Part shown: one piece after another, positions 54,283-64,000 of the stretch
Layout of the letters: each line of letters starts with the position of its first letter
Numbering within the stretch: the first letter of the stretch is position 1
Assembly: GCA_028023455.1 (NCBI GenBank)
Contig: JAQFVV010000010.1
Span: forward strand, 8,742,001-8,806,000
Origin: Epiperipatus broadwayi
Taxonomy: Eukaryota; Animalia; Onychophora
Direction: 5' to 3'
DNA: 64,000 bases
Made by a program: the position numbers and the translations under genes
Notes under the pieces: generated by a model
Told to the model about the DNA's origin: nothing
What the model saw: only the letters and a program-made list of their open reading frames with translations
The model's database searches: none

Positions 54283-56338
54283 CTATATGTAAGTTTTATA
54301 AATCATAATACTTTAATGGTAACCTAAACAATTACATATTTTTATAATTATTGCAAGGTTTATTATCACAACTTGGTAAGTGTAATACTTACAATTTCAG
54401 AGATTATGTAAGCATAGAGTTTTGAAGTTCTCCTTTTTTCAAAAATTAAATTTCAAAATGTTCAATAGATTCATATGTTGAATATTAATTTGAATAGTAG
54501 TATAAAGATAAATATTCTTTTACCAGAAAAAATGGCTGTATAATATTATAATTATATTTTTGTTTTTATAGTAAACTTAGTGGCACCCATCTGATTAATC
54601 CAAATTAACTTTAGTCTGTTTACTGACCAATACTGGAAGGATAGCTAGGATGAAAAAAAATCATAATTGTATTGTTGACCTTTTTTTTTAAAAAAAAAAT
54701 ATTAAGCTTAAACTCAAACCAAAAGTCAATGGCATAGAAGACAATATGTCATGTGATAACACATTAGTATTTTGTTAGTTATTTATTTATAATATTAAAA
54801 TTTTACAATAATTTTCTATTGCCTTGAATAAGATAAGATGCTTATGCTAAAAATTCACAAAGAAAATTGTACAAATTATAACAGAAAATCATGAAACGAC
54901 TTCACTCTACTTTGATGATTGACATCATTTAATCATATACACTACTGTTCATATAATAAATAAATAAATAAATAAATTATACATTGTAGCTTTCAATTAA
55001 TAATTTGATCACAGTTATTGTTTTATGAGAATATAATTGGATTTTTACTTTAAGGCACAGAAACAAAATTAAAATCATCATCATAGTAGAACGATATACC
55101 AATGATGTTGAATTAAGATCTGGTATTGCTAATTAATAAACAATGTTTAATATGAATTATAAAAGCAAATGTATAATGCTGTAGCAATTACTTTTAAAGC
55201 CTGTTGAAACATTGATGAGAGTGATGGACTCCAGAGATAATGAATCCTAATATTCAGATGAGATTTAAACATATCCATTTTTGTTTAACGGAACAAGCCT
55301 GTTGTAATTAGCCATTCACTTTAGTATTTGAATATCATAGGACACCCCCCCCCTATTCACCAATTATGCACTGATATTAAAATTAATAAATAATCATATA
55401 TTTAATTGTTTATTTAATTGCTTGAGAGATCACGGACATTCAAATACTAGAAATGATAATCTAAGCTTCAGTCTGTAAAAACAATAGCTTTAGAGATCAA
55501 TGCTTTACCACTAAAATAACCCTTGTAGGGCTAAATTCAAATATATATGAGAATAAATAGAACAAATAATCATGTGACATTTTTCTTTCAAATTTAGAAG
55601 TATTAATGTTATCAGTGAGAAAAAATAAATGAAAACTAAACTGACAGTCAATGTAGGCTAGCACTCACATAAAGTTATTGTCAATTTAAATTGACAGATA
55701 AAGGTTTAGATACAAACTTATATATGTATATTGAAATGAACAATCCATTATTTATTTACATAATAAAAAAATTTTTCTTCTAAGCAAAATAATATGCTTT
55801 TTTTTTTTTTTAAAAAAAAAAAAGAACTAAAATGAAGTTCAAGAAAGAAATTAAGTTTTGGATATAAAAAATCAGTTTTTTTTCTTTTATTCAGATAAGA
55901 ATATTATTTCATTCAAATCCCAGGATTTCATTATGCCTTGTGAATAAAAAGGGGGGACTCTACTAAAAATTATTTGGATCTAATCTGGAACATTTTTTAA
56001 TTGTATTTTGAATAACTCCAGATGAAATGAAGAATTAAGACTTATTTAAAAGACAACTAGAAATTATAAGGTTATACTATCACCCTAAACTAACTTTTAA
56101 TATTTGTCAGAAAAAAATAAATGACAATTATTTTGTTTTGGGTGAGTTTTATATTTAAAGAATAATTTGTACTTTATTTTAAATAATTTGGATTGTAAAT
56201 AAGGCTTATTATCTGTGTATTGTTTTAAAAGAAACAAAAAAAAAGATGAAATGAATTTGTAATAACTTCTCTTTACTTGTTCATTTTTTTTAAAAGAATA
56301 ATATTTATTATATATCACATATGTATATTATAATTATG

Positions 56339-57220
56339 GGTACTGTGGTATTAGAGCTGCGACATGAAGAATTATAATCGTTTAATCATTAAATTAATTA
56401 GGTTATTAAATCAAAAACATATTTTAAAATCTATATAATAAAAAAAAAACAATTTAACAAAAAAAAATGCGAAAAGCATTAATGTGAAGAATAGTTAAAA
56501 TGCGTGTTTAAATCAAATTGAGTATGTGTTTGCATGTGCATATTCTGCATAATCTATTTTAATACATTGTGCAGGCTTACACCTGCATTTATATATGTAA
56601 TATGTGCGGTATTCGAACTCAGACTTTCAGATGACCTACAACTCTTAGTGCCATTTTATTTTGCTGACTCACCTGATCACACACATGTTGAAAAGATAAA
56701 TAATCACCATTATATTATTTCATGCTAAACCAGCACTAATTAAAGTATGAAGATTGGTTATCTTAATATAAAGCTGATTACTAATTGTATATATGTGTGG
56801 AGATGGTAATCTGAATCAACTGATGAGTGCTGGTTTAGCACGAAATACATATATAGGTGATTATTTATCTTTTCAACATGCGTGTAATCAGATGAGTCAG
56901 CAATATAAGATGGCACTGAGAGTTGTAGGTCATGTGAAAGTCTGAGTTCGAATCCCGCATATATTACATATATAAATGCAGGTTTAAGCCTGTACAATGT
57001 ATTAAAATAGATTATGCAGCATATGCACATGCAAACACACACTCAATTTGATTTAAACACGCATTTTAGCTATTCTTCACATTAATGCTTTTCGTATTTT
57101 TTTTTTGTTAAATTGTTTTTTCTTAAAATGTAGATTTTAAAATATGTTTTGATTTAATAACCTAATTAATTTAATGATTAAACGATTATAATTCTTCATA
57201 TCGCAGTTCTAATACCACAG
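56339..57220. mobile_element. Large F1 fold-back (~400-bp arms)
   Basis: ggtactgtggtattagagctgcg (56339) inverted as cgcagttctaataccacagtacc (ending ~57223); left arm stops in hammerhead stem II at ~56736; no TSD found. Confidence 0.85.
56815..56858 (+). ncRNA. Type I hammerhead ribozyme (F1), core intact
   Basis: ATCAA-CTGATGA-GTGCT ggttt AGCAC-GAAA-TACATATA-TAGGT; one stem I mismatch. Confidence 0.8.
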
Positions 57221-57342
57221 TACCTACTTATGAATTTTATATAAGTTATTAATAAGAGAAAAGGGCAAAAAATAATGATAATCATGTAAATGCAATGCAC
57301 ACATATAAGTTGCCTAAGTCTCAAATAACCATAATTAATGAT

Positions 57343-57955
57343 CACATTCATATCGGCTTTTTCAAACCAAATTGTGCAAACGCTTTTTGCGAGTGTTAAA
57401 TAATAAATGAATACCCTCTGACCCATACGAGATATAGAATTTATGCAGCAATAAAAGGAATCCCCAAGGAATCCCTCCTATTACTACGACTCAAATATTT
57501 ATATATGAGCAAATCTGAAGTACTGGCACAGAAGGTGTGACTATAGAACAGTCACTTTGAATTACTATATATAATTTATGAATGAATGACGCTGATGAAA
57601 TTTACTAGAATTTACTGAACGTCATTCCAACTGAAATTAATCATATATATAAATCAGCATTTATTTTTTATAGCATCTGTATACAATTGTAATCACATTC
57701 ATATCGGCTTTTTTAAACCAAATTGTGCAAACGCTTTTTGCGAGTGTTAAATAATAAATGAATACCCTCTGACCCATACAAGATATAGAATTTATATAGA
57801 ATTTATGCTGCATAAATTCTATATCTTGTATGGGTCAGAGGGTATTCATTTATTATTTAACACTCGCAAAAAGCGTTTGCACAATTTGGTTTGAAAAAGC
57901 CGATATGAATGTGATTACAATTGTATACAGACGCTATAAAAAATAAATACTGATT
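57343..57955. mobile_element. F3 insertion: about 1.3 units (351-bp period) plus inverted arm
   Basis: atcacattcatatcggc at 57341 and 57692; inversion at ~57808; 13-bp TSD cataattaatgat at 57330-57342 and 57956-57968. Confidence 0.9.
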
Positions 57956-58286
57956 CATAATTAATGATGTAATTATTCCCATTAGTCTCATTCATTCATA
58001 GTTAAACTTATATTTGATTACTGAAAATTGAATTTTATGTACATGGATTTACATATGCACAGTTGTTTGTTCAATGCTTAATAGTTTGCATATGTTCACA
58101 TCCATATGGGGGAATATATTCCTATCAGTTTAATGAGTTAGGGATCCATCTCACAATGAGTCATCCTTGTATAAATTATAGTATTACCATTCAGGATCAA
58201 AAGGCCACTCCTCATAATTATTGTATAGAAGGCTTATACAGTTAGGTTAGGAACAAAAGGCTGCCAAATTTATAATTATTACTATA

Positions 58287-58576
58287 ATTATAAATTTTAT
58301 TAAATGCCCATTATTATATTAAGTAATAATTTACTAAGGCTGTAACCTTAGAAATAAGCGTCTGAAAAATACGAAGGTAGGGACCTCTATAGGTCTTAAA
58401 ACACTTCAGCTTCACCTATTTATATATAAAAGTAGGTTGAAGTAAAGAAGGGATTCTCTTTGGGATTCTCTCTTTTCTTCATAGCGTAAGCTTGTGTTTT
58501 AAGACCTATAGAGGTCCCTACTTTCATATTTTTCAGACGCTTATTTCTAAGGTTACAGCCTTAGTAAATTATTACT
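58287..58576. mobile_element. F4 insertion with Y-shaped centre
   Basis: ~85-bp inverted arms; 14-bp TSD taattattactata at 58273-58286 and 58577-58590. Confidence 0.9.
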
Positions 58577-61500
58577 TAATTATTACTATATAAATAGTGG
58601 TGTTTAGGAATCTGTCTAAGAAAAAACCATTCATTATGATTATTATATTAAAGGTAGCATTGATGTCTACCCCAAACAGAATATATATATGTGTGTGTGT
58701 GTGTGTGTGTAAATATTAGGAGACATGTGAGTCAAAGAAATGTTATATTTATGGATTCATACATGCATAGAATTACATTTAAGTTTATTGAAAATCGGGT
58801 TCCAGGTACAATGAATGTGTTATATTATCTATTGGAAACTTTGAAGAAATACTATGGTTGATGATTGATTAAAACCCTTAAACCAACCAAAAGCTGTATT
58901 TAACCTACTGGGCAAGCCAAAATTGTAAACAAAAATAATAGATGAAAATGACCCTAGCTCAAATATATATAGATATATAAGCTAATAATAATATTAATAT
59001 AGGGGTTAAGCTCAGAGTTTGAATATACATATGACACAATAATAAGAGTAATAATGTGGGTAAATAATAATAATAAACATTATCAGGAACAAATGTAATA
59101 TCTTAACAAATTAAGAGAAGAATTCTCATACTCTCTCTTTTTAAAATATAAAAATTCTTAATATTTAAAGCATAATCCTAAAAGAAGGTTAGGTTACTGC
59201 AATTTTTTTTATCATAACATATTCTCAGATACAAATTCATCTTGCCATTATAAGAATTATCTTATTGCCATGATCAGATTTAACATGAGGTTTATTTTTT
59301 ATTAAATAGAAGTATGTCTTATGATTATTTTGCCATGTTAACTTCTTAAAAGGATTTGTTCTTAAATGCTATAATTTTTAGTTAGATAATCTTATGCATA
59401 AAATATATCTCAGGGTTATGATATAATGAATACTTTTATAATTATAATTGTATTTTTCTTTTTAATTTTAAAACCTACCAAAAATGTAATCATTGTAATA
59501 CAATAAAGCCATAAGACATACTCTTATTTTTAAGATAATGTCTCATTAAATTTACAATTTAAATTAATCATAAAAACTCTTAATTTTAAAATAAAGATAA
59601 TATACTAGGAAAGTATTTATGATATTCTGAGTAGATAAGGGATGTTGTGGTACCCAATATATCACACTAATAAATTTTCTTTTACTGTTCTTCTGATGTA
59701 AAACCAAGCAATTTTATCATTTTAAATTTATGTTGAATAAAATCAGTTGATCTTCCAAATAAAACAAAGTGATCTTGCACATAAATGAAATTGGCTAAAG
59801 TAATCTTATGCCACATAAATAAATAATTGAAATTATTTTTAATTAAATATAATAACCTTTTACTTTGATGTTTTCTTAACATCAAAAATACAATTTAAAT
59901 AAAGTGACTTTTATATCAAATTATTTGTATTCATGTACTCTCAATACATAACAAACAAATAGAATAGTGTGATAAATATTATAATGTTGAGATTTCTGAA
60001 AGAATGCAGATGATTATAAAAGGTGGGAAGACTTAAGTTAATGTTAAAAATAACATTTATTTAACAGGACATTTAAAAGGCATATTCTCAAAAACAGAAT
60101 AAAACAAAATGTAATGTGAAACAAAATTAGGTATTACAGTTTTAAAATAACTAAATAATAAATAATATTTAATAGTTAACAAAACCTTCCATAACTTTGA
60201 TATTTTTAATAAGTTCTTTTATTTAACATAGAATCATACAATTATAAAGTCCCTAATTGAACACATTTAAAACATTATTAAAATATCAATTTACCACTCC
60301 TTATTGAATGATGAATGCTGAAGAAGATGTATATTATTTGATGAAGTCACATATACAATTTTGAATTTGATATTAAATATTTTATTAGATTTAACATCTT
60401 TAGATACCTACACAAATATCAATTGCCAAAATAAAGACATGTTAGTACACTCCCCATGGCTTTAGAGAAAATATATCACAAATTAAATCCACCTTAAGGG
60501 ATATGAAAGCAAAGGCAATATACAATGATGTCATAAACTCAAGAAAAATGCATACATATGAGAGCAATAAATGAATTACAATTTCATCATTAGTCAGAAA
60601 AATAATGAGAATGAACCATCAGGCAAGAGCAACAATAAAGATTTGCTTTAATGAAGTAGTATGTGCTTAAATATAAGATAAATAATAAATTCATTAGAAA
60701 AATATACCACAATGTACTAGAGAGAAGAGTACTATCTCTTTTTAAAATATATTGTAAAATAAAATATTTAATAAGAGAGAGACTATTGCAAATATCTCTT
60801 TAAAATAACAAAACTAAATGATGTATAAAACTGATAAAAATAACAAATAGTGCTAAACATAGTTTAATATAAAATTATGGCATAAGAATTAACAAAAATA
60901 TACAACAGCTTTTATCTCTTCCAAAAATTGGATACACATTCAAAATAAATAGCTTCATAATAGGTACAAATATAATATTTTAGAAATATTGTTATAGTAG
61001 CAATATTCTAAGAACTCATAATAAAATATATCTCATAAATAATTCATAAAGGATTATACAAAATAAAATGCATAGAAATAATACACAGCATTTACAATAT
61101 CATAAATATTTAAAATTTAATAATTATACCCATTACCAAAAGTAAAGTTTTTCAGCTTGATATTCCTACCTTATATTGGATACAGTTACTAAAATAAAAT
61201 TGTGGGGGTATCCTGCAGATTTTCTGGGATATTGTAAAATATATTAATTTTTCACACACAATAGTTCATAAGACATGAAGATGCAAAAATATTTGAAGAC
61301 ACTAGCATGAATAAACACAGTATGTACAATTTAATGAACAAAATAACATACACAATGCACATTAAATATTTTATGTGGAATATCATATAATAAACTTGTT
61401 ATTTCATTTTGAGGGTACACATTTTATGATTTATTGATAATTAACATTAATGAAAAGGAAATATTTCAAAAGTACATTTTATAATGGAGCATAATAAGTT

Positions 61501-63827
61501 AGAAGTAGGTTTAAGATATCATTTATTGATAATTATAATGAAGATCAGGTTTTTAAAATGGTCATTGTATTTTTTACATATTTTATTATGTCAATAAGTA
61601 TGAGCATTTGCTCTGAAATACATTTCATCTATTTATTAATAATTACATATAAAGAGCAATAACTTTCATAATCATATTTTACAATTCATTAATGGATAAA
61701 ATGAAGATCAAATACTCTGAAAAAATAGAAAATAATAAGTTTGAAAAATAAATTTCAAATTAATATTTCTAAAACATAGCTCTAAATTATATAGTAGACT
61801 TGCTTAAAAAAGGAATATACTCAATAAGTTTTGAAACATGTTGAGAAATATATTTTTCTTTAAATTTTAATGTAGACACAATAATTTCATTTTCACAATA
61901 AAATCAAATTTATAACATTATACTGATAGTATCTGCCATTGCAATATGATAACTGCTTGAGAAAATTGACAATTAATAAATGAATATTATTATTTTTAAA
62001 TAAAGCATTTCAAGATAATAAGGCATACTATTTAACTTTAATTCATTCATTAATAGTACACTGTAAAAGTAAAGTTTTATTTCTGTTTTAATATAAATTA
62101 CTAATAATGTGCAGATATTATATTAAAGCATTTTGCAGCAAGTTTTATGAATAAAACTAATGATAAAAAATTTGTAATAATTTAATTATTTCTTTGTCTA
62201 GAAATATAATCATTTTATAGATATGTCATTTATAAAAATACTTTATTGTTCCAAAAGGTTCTATAATTTTTGAGTTAAATAGCCTTTTCATTTTAAATGA
62301 AATTACTCCAAAAGAAACTGCTCTTGTAACACAAGAAAAATTTCATGTATTTTCAATATAAGAGTTGCATGAAAAGTTCTTAAAACATATTTAAAGTCTT
62401 CTTAAGTAATTTAAAAGTTTCTCCATGTATCTTAGAAATTATTCTTTTTATAATACAATCAACATATAATATAGAAAATAGAATTAATAAAGTTCTGACA
62501 AAGCATGATGGATAATAATAATAATAATACATTTTATCAAATTCCATTGAAATAATTGATTCTTGGAAAAATTATTTAATTTTTAAAGATGTTGCTGTTG
62601 AGTTTCCCATAATGCAAATTCTTGTTAAACAATGTTTAAGTGTTGAGAAATTTTACAGTTGTAGATTAGCCTGGTTGTTTTAAACTTTTACTTACAAAAA
62701 ATAAAATTAGTTAAAAGCAATTAAAACTTGATAAAATGAAAATTAAGTTGAAGATAAGTTAAGAGTTAAGAAATAAGTATAAAAGTGTGTATGAGCCTTC
62801 ACTAACTTTTATAAGACAAGTCATGTGATCAATTTTGATGGATAAAATTCCTAACTTAAATACCTCCCAATTGTCCAACTAATTAAAAGATCACAGACTT
62901 TTCATTATCCATTGAGAGATTATTAAAAATAGATTTAATTTGCATAATTTTAGAATTCTCTAAGATACTGTCTTGACTAAAAATATAAACAATCAATTAA
63001 TTAATAATTACATCACTTTTAAATAACTCGTTAAAAATAAGTTATTTAACAAATTAAAATATGTAAATAAAGTAATACTTTTTTAAACATAATAAAATTT
63101 ACATGGCTTAATAAAATATTATACTACAAAATTTACTTTTAAATATATTTTTATTACTAAGATCTCAGAATATATTTAATTATTTTTAAATAAGCATTTA
63201 ATTTAACAGGAAGTTCTTAAATAATAACTTTCACATGCAGACAAACTTACATGCACTATTACATTCTTTGTTTAAAAATTGATAGCTTAACTATAGGAAA
63301 TAATTATTGATTTTAAAAACTAAATATCACTTTAATCAGCTACAATTTTAAAGTTATTTAATTAAGCTATTTTCCATTATAGGTAATATTAAATAATACA
63401 CTTTATTAATAAGTAACTTAAATATTTAAAACCTAGTTTTAAAGTTTGAATTATTCTGCTTTAATATTTATATTTAATAAACTATAACAACTGAGTTAAG
63501 ATGATTTCAACTTTAATACTTTAAAATTAAACTTATTAGCACTTTAAGTCAGTAATAACTTTATTATTGAATATTTAAAATTACAAAAGATTTACTTAGA
63601 AGATTTAAACATTAAAAAAATTGCATTTAAAGATTACTTTTGAGCTATAGATATTATACTAATCATTCTAAAAATGGCTAATCAGTTATAAAATCATTTA
63701 ATTATTGTTTAACAACAAAGTTTACTTATTGCAAAAATTATTATTATTTTTTTTAATATTATATCACCACACAACTGGACATTCAGCTTAAGACAAAAGC
63801 TGAGAGACACACTATGAATATATTAAT

Positions 63828-63947
63828 TAAAACAGGCAAAGCTCTCCATACAGTAGTGCCACTCAGTGCCAACCAGAGTAATCAATGAATGCCAGAAGCC
63901 TTGTACATAAAATCCCCATCTAGTGCATACTCATCCAATATCCCCAG
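63828..63947 (-). mobile_element. F2 fragment running from the hammerhead cleavage site to the fixed 3' end
   Basis: taaaacaggcaaa...ccaatatccccag; 10-bp TSD atatattaat at 63818-63827 and 63948-63957. Confidence 0.85.
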
Positions 63948-64000
63948 ATATATTAATGTTACAATGTATAAAAATTAAAGGATTTTGTTAAAGCAATAAA

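Noticed and set aside
58244-58253. TTAGGTTAGG telomere-like motif
   Set aside because: Only two units; not significant
58287-58576. Parvovirus-type T-shaped ITR with flip/flop
   Set aside because: No NS/capsid remnants adjacent; variable TSDs and the shared overhang fit retro-insertion better
59000-63800. Host genes in the long AT-rich tracts and other short ORF-track entries
   Set aside because: Low-complexity F/I/L/K/N/Y-rich products, no motifs, no coherent exon chain

Overview
AT-rich eukaryotic (most likely invertebrate animal) DNA with no convincing host gene; nearly all interpretable sequence is mobile-element derived. Conventional content: four decayed RTE-clade LINE copies, three Tx1/L1-clade pieces (one a full-length ORF1-only derivative), a Penelope-like (PLE) GIY-YIG end fragment, a decayed hAT transposase, a SPIN/URR1-like MITE, five copies of a short tRNA-derived SINE and microsatellites. 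The main signal is a set of four mutually unrelated non-coding repeat families (called F1-F4 here). They insert with 9-16 bp target-site duplications (TSDs), often as tandem multimers and divergent fold-backs with duplicated arms. In seven insertions one arm overruns the other by about 31-47 nt. F1 and F2 carry minimal type-I hammerhead ribozymes with compensatory base changes. F2 uses an unusual core with an extra A on each side of stem II, and a related hammerhead occurs alone as a 46-bp insertion. F3 behaves the same way and has covarying stems but no canonical hammerhead. One insertion fuses F1 and F2 inside a single TSD. The picture fits a community of retrozyme-like (possibly circular) RNAs mobilised by a PLE-type reverse transcriptase; that mechanism is inference. 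All alignments were done by eye, so coordinates may be off by a few bases.
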